The translations under genes were made by a program, and so were the position numbers. A stretch of DNA of 60,646 nt, taken from the IMG/VR virus record IMGVR_UViG_3300042563_003046, positions 1 through 60,646 of that record; one strand, 5' to 3'. Positions 14,001 to 20,589 of the stretch are shown here, one piece after another. How positions within the stretch are numbered: position 1 is the first letter of the stretch; every line of letters begins with the position of its first letter. The notes under the pieces were generated by a model. The model saw nothing but the letters and a program-made list of their open reading frames with translations, was not told the DNA's origin and ran no database searches. Source of the stretch: a virus (lineage: Duplodnaviria > Caudoviricetes).

Positions 14001-14313
14001 CAATATTTTTCTTGATGATGTCCTTAAATCCATCGTAGTCGCCGTCTTTTAATAGGTCTGCTGTTACTAACGAACCATAGAGGCCTTGCTGAATATTATT
14101 CTCGATCTCTACATCCATCGGCAGGTTAGAATCTAACCTTGTTTGACGCATGTAATCTGCATAATCAACTCGAAGTTGCACAGGATCTCGGTCTTCTTTA
14201 TCCAAAGACCAATCACCGAACGGTATGTATTGTGCCTCTGTAGGAGTTGTAGATTCAGTGGATCCAAGCAGACTTGTTGGAACGATAGTAGTAGTGGTGG
14301 TTGGGTCAGTCAT
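2077..14313 (-). CDS. Giant (4078 aa) polyvalent / internal virion (ejection) protein
   Basis: Very long ORF. It carries an Ala/Gly-rich hydrophobic N-terminal region, PAATT repeats, two zincin-like motifs (LLEEYVH, LNEELGH), an NGYYTWP motif and a helical C-terminal region. Confidence 0.75.
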   Translation of the reverse strand: MTDPTTTTTIVPTSLLGSTESTTPTEAQYIPFGDWSLDKEDRDPVQLRVDYADYMRQTRLDSNLPMDVEIENNIQQGLYGSLVTADLLKDGDYDGFKDIIKKNIVEPSFEDKFALTLSNLNYDDPDRDALSKFSSMDKAIKAGNPNGFTEESLARHAELKEAANNIILNRYNEAKTRAIDTNKIPFAVFEDDNGDRMFKTSDLATSMSLNEALKASRAAGVSLADAYVAQGELAIAEGSTVARYKINQISEMYESLSTLAKTDKSVKSTIEALGNRAAFQEFDGGDKGSYLANEFGEALGLGVSKVIGLFSDEASKKVDADYNAKKEIDSQVDRDISYFRDTITKKLEDSGAFEKGSLNPEDVDRLIKEVAISNASQNSKFVLHDEEGEYQKNIRKTSLGTTVMHPAALMNENLFNKTLEARPDITGNDRKKLEGERLVALTDNYNNADKVFQRTGSEDKWNLAKIDGRLKGKANHEILNDFLKDEENYSNFTERTKGLGMSILTGFGSPVLGVLTAAGADWSAEMLRDIAQDNSDRREVAEMFGQKMGFGQDIAESLAPLVVDMAATALLSTVTAPVAGMGGVAYLAAKQGARLTMKGMMKGLTKGAFRIGAKETAETAAKRILADGLIKESVKKVTGEGALAAIKGYNSLVAQRIGTSAASFIPAATRTGASTYGSVSLALKKKQQELGLTDEQIHDRSLGAALTSGMVTGVITAAFGSFGKAGVEDAMLRGLTFKQSKNLLGSLANVKNLSDTKFKEAVTKQLSATIKKLEKSSKTGFLKDAVDEAQEEGLDQLLNSFVEDAASDQDTPFLERLKQTMYAAAMGATLGGGITLTKGAWNKVNPFKNQAAVLQEGISLQQKFISDVTQRLNDSGSPITAQAVGRILTQQARARRAPISTLAPAATTPAATTPAVTAATTPAATTPAVTAATTPADTAATIPADTADTTPADTTPAATTPIEGAPVGASQQFGYDTSQPTTPIEATPVEVIPVAPITLTPEAEAAIAERESLITSLSVPLVGRKAIGKKANAKIEKAKKEIGYIKETGNAKVPRALPKPVAPVATPAFTPPVVPSETPSLEQPSDITDVNELFVRISETPQEQADQIISNAVAQLENNQEVPLVATIGSTTISSTFSQEPITIISQPSPAAQKAAAVAEIDTDEAASNTASHVASFDPDADVDESSRKQRRKKNKSKSKKETTAPITQALPTDTPLSSFDTTPFRNGDELTPQEEAEADAVSKLALKGFPLRFGNALKYGTVTAKNLVSKSEYLARLVYAFYPAFKIGEGEVAYTQNASRVSTYFDPIKNETVKGTIKMPLDRQDRGIFNNDPIVVTEMLAHGIPVFIKPSVDRNTINKSFVIKNNYVVDVRKPSLDGKSMESAVTRITETTDISADNSLYEAYSRIPFYPEGVEAKPMPTGTKSVNQRTGYGEGLATTMGELMYNVGAFTGNAEAVDALLSSTAINRGDLDEDFKDNAVTAAKIEFLMLANLHELRVDILSSGKLTTPEVGSNNVTLLPKKQNGAIKALQSRLKGNLDVEGMAKVLSPLLSKRPNKSATNTSIVLQFINERVINNKDLTGGFMPSFITVLRRTADRYYEQQIVRKVNERTRAMVSLDESRPTGVLQDPDVAFEDQANSMIDNIDAEQLKNSSISLGGANPNFAISEQAFHLTIKDTITEAVDAIDNDTDLRDSLEELAYTSVYPNPDGGTAAHVRGLSSRDLMARIGDWMSLGNHANRPDVLSFIQDLERGGAPAGMQLKNALKLSAIAGRIDGNPLEDPAYIAEVQRLLAPTFGEAATKGRASNIIKTIDRAVRTRFSRAVVNNANKGLFRQQNAADIARLGLASGDPESVVKALTEISKSSNNPAHKLVAELLLEDPAFIRRVKFSIGSSQTPIAGEYARHVDGNHSVFLNTEQGNGLGLENVLLEEYVHAFLSDTMTQPLELLSDKQRSARLRLEGLYQLAQKAYAQQKTEQGEDGYNASLETGLENIDEFVANFLLDPTFQQFIKTLPVQEGQRGFFQRIIEAMVSLFRKVSAKENTAYAQALKDIVDLSKTTIRATAVPFSMRVASDVTRAANDLAEVTNTPRLSTSTAAPTIDTAAPVATETTEAATAADTETTASDQADRDKTEASIEETIASGSKKLPTEKQKAQFVQLMRWLNTRIPAGTRVIRDETIEGAAEAEGDVIRINPAILMSQMYELDPLAQRSILDSILNEELGHHASFGSLTQGEVDIIVDSLSNSAYEEIARAYHINNPQNVADVLAKLASSDPTVVRQQQRVLVEEKLRMRLQQVTRGYTTEDDIAFWTSKPSLLRILKRYIGGALNSYLNRKKLGMGSGAMDAAVFAMMQEMQAINMGFAKTNAYRALDTNSPAEAIAEYNRILNYNILDETDALYEAQDRMAALATSGLPLTTFAGLMQQAGLRVINGNQIVDDEAAAVAPTNKAPTTPVQGDLDFTASSTPSSPAARWTAPPDRPELFSVSYTLSLQDLENTLGLNRSIDQALNLYFADDGDAYYDTIVDELEEFDRLVLSLTSRPVQEVQAVELLSTYDPDSSTFDLVPYTTDGQIDNVKAEAIIAAIILVEKMKSLGLDPSTPIPVTFRYDYAENTPDSVIAEEAAARANGSMTAPMALLGGGTDLETPPDLVVDGLPLSFDPDMESTNLDIEAILSALNPTETKVIENIDRQALEDTIKALRIEYGDRLFQFKVVSVGKDRYEVSAYEKVNNNPWVANKQTAVVSVDLDIKNENSIHVGWLGRDGGTTQEAAKIPFAATLMNALVSNNSAIKALGIETLGGGDGSNFLKRSFKIGYLDSLNIDRSISDVVALLFPTGTDQSKYGIKLNESMNGYYTWPSMGFQMARANKLDDFTKGSALDRKIRRAQIDIEDQISWLQDKILNSAQGQRLSNDLKRKLNEHSVNFIEQSKIQIASELNEFVDAATTPDGKLDLYHAIHVNPKGNRAANLWRRYGQSLDVTFDTQNGSKDLKNYVTRMFSPAVRTARIEDIDVIMKSYRAATKDENITPEELQEIKDEHNDRAFEAGVPFKLFTSFGQSSSASSDLSNIDFSAVVELLEMPMFEYGAYKAQKGWLNIFRGDMSTPVKRLFEQREEFKRAASQLVISYKEKMDKLVINTYGDKASADWDLLAKAQGYIDGNLVSDAAYEAMEKAYNAELERIANDQTLTPADQRTQRAAARQQRDQDIEAAESSAIAQVTIERDAALNQLQSLNSDLAVHIVSMRTQLIQPIQQKLIAAGIDPNIGLKIDKTGGIYITRAYAMFNDPTYAERVRTEPHYQAVRDAAMSFFTTQLFNMSFSEAKAQGLSDIDATNAANLAIQKANQKAPAGSSYGSQAMEAFLSSYDQKQSPSPQTTKGLREIKNNLKRRKDLPKELRDLLGEYGAENGTDLIVRTFSSVAMVAAQQTFLNNLAKTGAKQGFMVDAKTYAANPSQYPDYVPMRSGGSTKNDPLAHMYAPKDIVDSLGAALEARVTQQSTTAEAAVSAISLVARNLTGKAMVAKTLGSVGFYLRNALGNLLFFAPAQGFIRADKIAIRTGVFSYMQLKDPNRINAAMAELTGLGIIGDEIQPAMLKALLSGAASKDSMLASLDKFTAELPVVGTVRKGMEWLENKASTLSGAIDAAYKIEYFQHELDTLIEARANDPSGKLTGMSDYDLKRMAAVKVKMTAQSASQAPDFVKALNNSTFGLMFAPFIRFKAEVPRIVFNTYKLGWEEVNSGNPVLVARGMKRLGGMTSMLGMVSAALPAVISALFGGVRDEEDEALRKSMPEYLRGHSFLFYRDSKNALISLDLTYVNPFSLLLDPFMRALPYIKNGEVGNAASALTKGLFFSTYLDDQILAGNLADVIENKDSTTNQNIYIEGVDGVFEAMTKQAAYVFKKTYTPRIVQDVMNSVNAMDGNYVGERNSPLAQLFDGMKPTKTHQIDLVAQHRRFLYDHAERFSQLKREKYAMLRKQAMSPEEIDEIYDREFKGRRSLNQELLGVVRGFESLGIKPQDQYNTMKSAGIGKEKARLLFQGIMDRPDIEKDFAEKLIENQQTDRLEQLIKVRDRYNRYIFIDEIKTK
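11432..11604 (-). repeat. Coding tandem repeat (PAATT/PADT linker)
   Basis: Repeated gccgcaggagttgta units within the giant ORF. Confidence 0.85.
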
Positions 14314-14345
14314 AGCTGAATATGTAGCGTATTAAAAAAAGTAAT

Positions 14346-15392
14346 TTATCGAGTAGGAGGCGCTTCAAAAGCAGCTTCTTCTCTAGACTTTGGTGGTGGC
14401 GGAGAAAGCGAATTTGAAAAAATTCCAGCGTATACTCGGTTGGAAACCGCTTCGTATAGTTCGTTATCCTTTGTCGGTGCATTCTCTGGCTTCTCCTTAG
14501 GATTTAGCACTGTCCACATTTGCTTAAGTCGGAGGCGTTCAGTATCGGCAAGGGTCAATTTTGCTGCCCTTTGGGATTCATCCAGCGCATCTTGGCCAAT
14601 TTGATCCGCTGTTCGCTCAGCAATAGTTGAAGGAGGTGTGTAGTCGTCACCCTTAGCGCGACCCATGGAGCGGAGAGATGTTTCAAAGTTCTGTAACATA
14701 GACAGCTGCGATTTGCGGACGTTCTCAGTTTGATCATACTGAATCTTTTGTTTAGCGATTGCTTTGTCTAAATCTTTCTCTTCTTGACTACGCTGACCTA
14801 GTGTTTGATATGCCTCATGCAAATCAACTGTATCTCTAGTCGTAGGATCAGTGAGTTTCTTAACGAGAGCTGTATCACCAATTTGAATTGCAGAACTAAT
14901 GATGGATAATTTCTTTTGTTCATCCAAAGCTGACTTCCTATTTTTATCTTCGTCTATACTCTGCATAGAAGCTACTTGTCTATTAGCCCCGCTGAGCAAA
15001 GTAGCTACACTCGGGTTATAGGTAGCGAGGTTGGAATACTTCATGTTCAGTTTTCCAACTTCCATTGCCTTAGTATTTGTATCGATCCCTTTATTTCCTA
15101 GGACAGAATCAAGTTCGGTCATAAGCGCTGGGAGTCGGGTATCCGTATCCGCTCTCATCTGAGCTGTTCGCTTAGCCTCTTCTAGCTGGAGTTTTTGCAT
15201 CTCAAAGGCATCCTCAGATTCAATCATCTTGAGCATGTCCTTTTCTATCTCGCGCCTTTTTGCATCAATAGGCTCGATGTCTTTTGTGTAGCGAGTATCT
15301 AGTTGTTGGCGCTGTAAACGCGACATTCCGCTCGCGGGGAAAAACGTCGAGCGGAGTGGTGCAATATCGGATGCGTAGGAAAATTCAGCCAT
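14346..15392 (-). CDS. Putative internal virion protein
   Basis: 348-aa helical ORF immediately upstream of the giant protein, matching podovirus ejection-gene synteny. Confidence 0.55.
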   Translation of the reverse strand: MAEFSYASDIAPLRSTFFPASGMSRLQRQQLDTRYTKDIEPIDAKRREIEKDMLKMIESEDAFEMQKLQLEEAKRTAQMRADTDTRLPALMTELDSVLGNKGIDTNTKAMEVGKLNMKYSNLATYNPSVATLLSGANRQVASMQSIDEDKNRKSALDEQKKLSIISSAIQIGDTALVKKLTDPTTRDTVDLHEAYQTLGQRSQEEKDLDKAIAKQKIQYDQTENVRKSQLSMLQNFETSLRSMGRAKGDDYTPPSTIAERTADQIGQDALDESQRAAKLTLADTERLRLKQMWTVLNPKEKPENAPTKDNELYEAVSNRVYAGIFSNSLSPPPPKSREEAAFEAPPTR

Positions 15393-15413
15393 AGTTTTAA
15401 AATATTAGATCAA

Positions 15414-16070
15414 TCAGATCGGAGTAGTGTTATACGAAGATAACTGCTTCTGTGCGCGTTTGCGCATATATTCATCATACATATCCTCAGTCTTTTTCTT
15501 CTCATAAGACTTAGCGTCCTGTTCCATGTCCATAAAGGACATGCGGCTACGCTGCTCTTGCGTAGTCATAGTCGGAGTTTTAATGCGTTCTAATTCTCCC
15601 ATGCCTGCCATTTGAGCTGCTTGGTCGGTATAGCCCTGACGGCGAAGTCTGCGTGATGCGCGGTTGATTTTTGTCCATTCGGGGGCTATCGGTTGTGGTG
15701 TTTCGCGTAGCGAGCTACCAGATCCAAGAACATAATTAGAGTCTTGCATCGCTTGTTGTGACCCAAGTAAGTCACCAGCGCCTTTTCGCAACAGGACTTC
15801 ACGTCCTTTCATTTGCTGCTTAAACGGTTGATCAGCCATTTCTTTAGCTTGGGCTGTTTCTTCTGCAACTTTCTTGGCTTCTTCTTCGCGGCGTATTCTC
15901 TCTTGCTGGGCAAGAAGTCTTTTTCGTTCCTCATCTAGCTTGTTTTTTTCTTCCGCAGCCGTGATTCGAGGGTCAGCTAGACCTGATGTGGACGAATCTA
16001 TTGAGGGTGCTAGCGGTGTAGCACCAGTCACTGAAGCTAAAAAATCAGAGAGGTAAGGAGTAGAAGCCAT
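15414..16070 (-). CDS. Putative internal virion protein (coiled coil)
   Basis: MASTPYLSD... start at 16070; charged coiled coil; synteny. Confidence 0.55.
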   Translation of the reverse strand: MASTPYLSDFLASVTGATPLAPSIDSSTSGLADPRITAAEEKNKLDEERKRLLAQQERIRREEEAKKVAEETAQAKEMADQPFKQQMKGREVLLRKGAGDLLGSQQAMQDSNYVLGSGSSLRETPQPIAPEWTKINRASRRLRRQGYTDQAAQMAGMGELERIKTPTMTTQEQRSRMSFMDMEQDAKSYEKKKTEDMYDEYMRKRAQKQLSSYNTTPI

Positions 16071-16196
16071 AATTGTAATAAGAGATGGGCTACGATTACT
16101 ATATATTCTACAACATGTCAACACTGAACCGTGAACTGAATCATGATTCCTGTATCCTGCTCGGGGTGCACGATTCGGGATTCGGGATTCAGGGTT

Positions 16197-16302
16197 AGTG
16201 GTGCTGTAATAAATTTCGCTTACACTATTAAAAACTTTCTTTTAATTCTATTGGTGCTCTAATAAATTATTACAGCACCAATACGTCATATAGAAAGTTT
16301 TT
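16197..16302. repeat. 106-bp AT-rich element, inverted copy of 49916-50021
   Basis: Reverse-complement match with about 4 mismatches; contains three TGGTGCT(G/C)TAATAA boxes. Confidence 0.92.
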
Positions 16303-16331
16303 ATTCCCTACAAAGAGGAGCTGACCAAGAT

Positions 16332-18122
16332 TTAGGAGAGAAACGAATCTGGGTTATGCAAAGCTCTTTGGAGCGTCTTGATCGATACGGGGCGCTTGTA
16401 GCCCTTTTCATCTGAATCCTTAGGCGGATCAACGGCAACTAGCCCGAGCCTCTGGCGGGCACAATCTAGCGCAAGGAAGGCAGCGTCAGCCAAGTCGGGT
16501 GATCGGCCGAAGCGAGATTTGAAATCACCCTTCGATTCAATCTTAACTTTAAGGCTGCTAGATTTGATAAGGTCATAGTTTCGAGCGCACATCTCTTGAG
16601 CTAGATCGCTATTGATTCCTGAGACCTGATGCGTTCTCATTAATTCCTTTCCAACGAACCAGAGTTCACTGACTCGGTTAGTGTAGAGTTCTTCGCCAGT
16701 CAGGGACGAGTTCATACTTACCCGCTTGTCTGATGGTTTCCCACCGAAGCTAACGCGCAGAAAATGTGGAGACCACTCTCCAGCCAGAACGTCACAGAAG
16801 GGCGCCCCAGCACCAGTGCTATCTACCGCAACATTATCGGCCGTAATACCTAGTTTCTTGCAGTGCTCAATGATCTGGCGAACAATCTGGTAGGTTCGTG
16901 GGACTGCTTTATTAGTAGCATCATCATTCAAATGGATCGCTTTCTCAAACTCGATGACGTATTGACCCGCTGTATTATACCCGACCGAGGCCGTATACAT
17001 GATGGTTCTGTCACCACCATTCGTAAAGGCGGGGTCAATGCCCGCGACCAAGGTAGGCTTCTGAGCCCACTCGACCCCCTTCTTAAGGCCACCACTAGAG
17101 GCGAGCTCTGCCTCGCTGTAAATTCCAGTTGCCTCATCTGAATCAAAAAAGATGGCTCGAATCATTCGCATGTATCCACGAGACTCCGAACCGAGAAGAG
17201 CTTTGTCCTCATCGATCTTCTGCTGAGTCGGCAACCACGGATATTTATTTTCCCCGAGCACAATGTTGGGACTGCGTTCACCGTCAAGACGTATGTATCT
17301 GCCACCCCATTTGGTTTTCCATTCGTCGTCTACCTGAGTATCAACGGAAGCCCACCCCTTCGAAGGCTCTGACCATACACCAAAGGCGTCGAACCGACTA
17401 TTGGGGTTGGACATTCCGATCATCTGGAATGATGGGTTCTTCGAAAGGTTAGATAGACCAGCATTAAGAATTGCCTCGGATAGCTCGGATAGCTCGTCGC
17501 CAATCAGAATCACACGCTTTTGCTTAATACCAATAAACTTACCGATGGCTTCACGAGTCTTACTCTTTTCTGCAGCAATTAGTGAGAGACCCGCTTTCTC
17601 AAAGAGAATACCGTTCTCGTCTACATAGGCGGCATTTCCAATCGAATCGCGAATCTTGATTGGTGCAATGTCTTCGATGACTGAGAGTAACGAGATGACT
17701 GAACCCCAGATACGCTTACGTGCTTCGCGCAGAGTAGTAGATGTCATTAGCACGAGGGTATCACGTGGTTGTGACAACCAATTGACGATGCCCCACGCGG
17801 CCATGGTATGTGACTTACCACTACTAGCACTACCGCCAATAGCGAGATACTTATGGTCAATTGCCTCGCGAATCATTCGCTCCGCCCATGGGTGACGCAC
17901 CATCATCTGCTCGGGTAAGTCAGGTCGATTCCATAGCTCATCGCAAACTCTCCAAAAGTAATACTCCTTAGCAATTGCTTTTGGGTGGTTAGCAAATCCG
18001 AATAATAATGCGGTGATAAGCGTAGTAGGTGGGATCATTAAACCACCGATATCCATCATCTTAGTGACAGCATCAATTTGAGGTTCAAGAATTTGCTTGC
18101 GTTTAGTTATATCGTCGGGCAT
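16332..18122 (-). CDS. terL: Terminase large subunit
   Basis: Walker A GSASSGKS, Walker B ILIGDE, coupling motif MSNP, nuclease GIDPA and SPDLADA. Confidence 0.92.
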   Translation of the reverse strand: MPDDITKRKQILEPQIDAVTKMMDIGGLMIPPTTLITALLFGFANHPKAIAKEYYFWRVCDELWNRPDLPEQMMVRHPWAERMIREAIDHKYLAIGGSASSGKSHTMAAWGIVNWLSQPRDTLVLMTSTTLREARKRIWGSVISLLSVIEDIAPIKIRDSIGNAAYVDENGILFEKAGLSLIAAEKSKTREAIGKFIGIKQKRVILIGDELSELSEAILNAGLSNLSKNPSFQMIGMSNPNSRFDAFGVWSEPSKGWASVDTQVDDEWKTKWGGRYIRLDGERSPNIVLGENKYPWLPTQQKIDEDKALLGSESRGYMRMIRAIFFDSDEATGIYSEAELASSGGLKKGVEWAQKPTLVAGIDPAFTNGGDRTIMYTASVGYNTAGQYVIEFEKAIHLNDDATNKAVPRTYQIVRQIIEHCKKLGITADNVAVDSTGAGAPFCDVLAGEWSPHFLRVSFGGKPSDKRVSMNSSLTGEELYTNRVSELWFVGKELMRTHQVSGINSDLAQEMCARNYDLIKSSSLKVKIESKGDFKSRFGRSPDLADAAFLALDCARQRLGLVAVDPPKDSDEKGYKRPVSIKTLQRALHNPDSFLS

Positions 18123-18147
18123 ATTGTCGAGGACTTCCCACAACATA

Positions 18148-18807
18148 ATGGCTTTCAAGAAAAAAGTAAACAACGATATTGATAAAGAAGCAGAGAATGT
18201 AAATCGTGAGAGTGCACTTAAACGAGCGCTCGATCTTTATCACCAAGGAATGCCTAACGCATCTATTGCGCGTGATATTGGCGTCCACCCGAATACACTT
18301 CGAACATGGCTTCGTATTGCTGGCATCAAAGCTAAGCTACCACCGAACGTAGAAAAAGCCCAGAGAGCAAAAGCGGAAGCAGAATCAAAGGACGGACTAC
18401 AGTCACAGCTCGAGGAAAATTTAGTAAATGTAACTAGCTCGGCAATCGCAGATGCCAAGCTAACTGCTTCTCTCGAAGAGGATAGACTGCTCGCAGATAT
18501 TGCAGATGCACAGGGCACTCCAGCGGATAAGTATCAGCACTATATAGCAGCGGCAGGCATCAAGCTGCTACGTGATAGTATTCGCGGGCTTAAGCCACCC
18601 AAGACCATTCGTGAGCTAAGCGAACTCGACCAGCTCATCCGCCGCAATCTCGGGCTCAATGCAAAGACTGGAGGAGGGACTAGCAAATTATCCATCGATA
18701 TCTCAATACTCAATAATGGTGCTGCCGATAAGGGTAATGGCACTGTCAAGAGTATGAAGAATCAGATTATCGATGCCGATATGGTCGATGAAGAAAGTGA
18801 AGAATAA
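18148..18807 (+). CDS. HTH protein, candidate terminase small subunit
   Basis: ALDLYHQGMPNASIARDIGVHPNTLRTW HTH, then helical oligomerisation-like region; head-to-head with terL. Confidence 0.55.
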   Translation: MAFKKKVNNDIDKEAENVNRESALKRALDLYHQGMPNASIARDIGVHPNTLRTWLRIAGIKAKLPPNVEKAQRAKAEAESKDGLQSQLEENLVNVTSSAIADAKLTASLEEDRLLADIADAQGTPADKYQHYIAAAGIKLLRDSIRGLKPPKTIRELSELDQLIRRNLGLNAKTGGGTSKLSIDISILNNGAADKGNGTVKSMKNQIIDADMVDEESEE

Positions 18808-18854
18808 TTATTTTTATTCTTGCCAGTCTAATTATTAACGCTAGCTTAGGACTC

Positions 18855-19082
18855 ATGTTTGCCAACCGCACACCAGTAGTGTCTCCCGAATTCATTCTTC
18901 GGAACGATGAGGGCAACGAAGCCTCCTTTGGAACTTCGAAAGCGGATGGCCTTTGGTATCGCGTGATACCCGTTAATATGAAGGAGATTCAATACATCCA
19001 ATGTCTCCCTAAAAATATCAAGCTACTAACACCTGCTCGAGGGCATGGTGTATTAATACGAGCAGATGCGCTCCCAGTATAA
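18855..19082 (+). CDS. Hypothetical protein
   Basis: ORF preceded by TTGCCA-N16-TAGCTT. Confidence 0.6.
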   Translation: MFANRTPVVSPEFILRNDEGNEASFGTSKADGLWYRVIPVNMKEIQYIQCLPKNIKLLTPARGHGVLIRADALPV

Positions 19083-19092
19083 ATTTCTCATT

Positions 19093-19788
19093 ATGAATAC
19101 TCCAGACCTACTAAAATTACACAAAGAAACCTGTGACAAATGTTACGGGGTGATGCAAAAAAAGAACAACGACTATAGCGGGGGTGCAACAAGTTCTGAT
19201 GCGCTCGCTAATTTCAAGATGTCTAGCTCCTTGGGCTTAGCCCCAGTCATGGGTCTCTTGCTGCGGATACAAGACAAGATGATGCGCATTAAAACATTCG
19301 CCACAGATGGCGAATTAAACGTAGCAAATGAGACGGTCAATGATGCATTCGAAGACATCATCAATTATGCGGTGCTCGGTAAAGCGCTATTGCAAGAGAG
19401 CAGAGCGGAGTATATTGATTGCATAAAAGAACCGAGTCTCCAAGATGAGGAATCAATCCAAGGTGTTATCAAACAGTTCATGGATCATATTTCTAACGGT
19501 AGTGACCCTACCAAAAAAGAGGCAACACAATCTGTGCCACAAGAAATCATCCTAGATGCTATTGGCATGTTTGATGAGGGGTTTATTTACTACGGAGAAA
19601 TAACCCCGTTTAGTGTAGCCGTTAATCAGTTTGCTTCACATCTTTCATCAGATGATATCGATGGTAATATTCAAATTTTTACAGCCCCAAAGGGAGACGA
19701 CCCTGAAGGATATATCTTAGTCGCTGTAAAAAAAGGGTCGCTCCTTTACAAGGCGCTCAGTAAAAAAGGGTATACACCGACCGCATGA
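19093..19788 (+). CDS. DUF1599/Nmad1-like nucleotide-modification-associated domain protein
   Basis: KKNNDYSG..DALANF...LLRIQDKMMRI...DAFEDIINYAVL motif set. Confidence 0.7.
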   Translation: MNTPDLLKLHKETCDKCYGVMQKKNNDYSGGATSSDALANFKMSSSLGLAPVMGLLLRIQDKMMRIKTFATDGELNVANETVNDAFEDIINYAVLGKALLQESRAEYIDCIKEPSLQDEESIQGVIKQFMDHISNGSDPTKKEATQSVPQEIILDAIGMFDEGFIYYGEITPFSVAVNQFASHLSSDDIDGNIQIFTAPKGDDPEGYILVAVKKGSLLYKALSKKGYTPTA

Positions 19789-20267
19789 TTATAGGTATTG
19801 ATAATGGGCTAGACGGTGGGCTGTGTGCCATCTCAACACATGACGGTAGCATCATCGCTAAAACTACTATGCCCACTCTCGTCTTTAAAAAGAAACGAGA
19901 GGTTGATCCAAAACGAATCTACAAATGGATCATGGGTCTCAATACCCCATGTGTGATCGCGATTGAAGAACCACTTAATCATGCTCGTTCATCACAGGCT
20001 ATGAGATCTATGGCTATTAGCTTTGGTAAGATTATCGGGATGTCCGAGTGCAGGGATATATCAATCAAGAGAATAGATGTGCATGACTGGCAAAAGGCTA
20101 TGCTTGGAAAAATACCTAAGGGGTTCACGAAGCAGGCAGCCCTTATTACAGCAACAAAATTAGCTCCAGATGAAGAATGGCTAGCAACCTCTCGCTGCTC
20201 GACACCACACGATGGAATGATCGACGCCTTTCTTATTGCAAAATTTTATTTGACTAAATGCAAATGA
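19785..20267 (+). CDS. RuvC-like Holliday junction resolvase
   Basis: IIGIDNGLDGG, IAIEE, WQKAM, HDGMIDAFLIA. Confidence 0.85.
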   Translation: MIIGIDNGLDGGLCAISTHDGSIIAKTTMPTLVFKKKREVDPKRIYKWIMGLNTPCVIAIEEPLNHARSSQAMRSMAISFGKIIGMSECRDISIKRIDVHDWQKAMLGKIPKGFTKQAALITATKLAPDEEWLATSRCSTPHDGMIDAFLIAKFYLTKCK

Positions 20268-20289
20268 TGAACTATGAACGGTCTCCCAC

Positions 20290-20556
20290 ATGAAAAGTCA
20301 CGTTAAAGAAATACTAATCGGCGATACGCTAGTCGAGATCAAATCTCGGACGGATGATCGTCATCCCTCTGGCTGGTCAGTCATCGCATTCTCTCCAGAG
20401 TTATCCATCCGCAGCACTAAACTACATCGATTATCTGGGCGCACCGCATTTATTAATTCGATCCTTGGATCCTGTGGCCTGAACGGTGAATCCGAACAAA
20501 AGATCGAGGTATTCCAGCGAGCGCTATCCGTCATCCTTGACGAGGCAACCTCCTAA
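20290..20556 (+). CDS. Hypothetical protein
   Basis: ORF within the replication operon. Confidence 0.55.
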   Translation: MKSHVKEILIGDTLVEIKSRTDDRHPSGWSVIAFSPELSIRSTKLHRLSGRTAFINSILGSCGLNGESEQKIEVFQRALSVILDEATS

Positions 20557-20589
20557 ATTCTCCCAAACCAAAAATGAAGACAAATAAAA

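Noticed and set aside
2077-14313. Giant protein as an N4-like virion RNA polymerase
   Set aside because: The size fits, but I could not find polymerase catalytic motifs by eye. A structure search is needed to exclude it fully.
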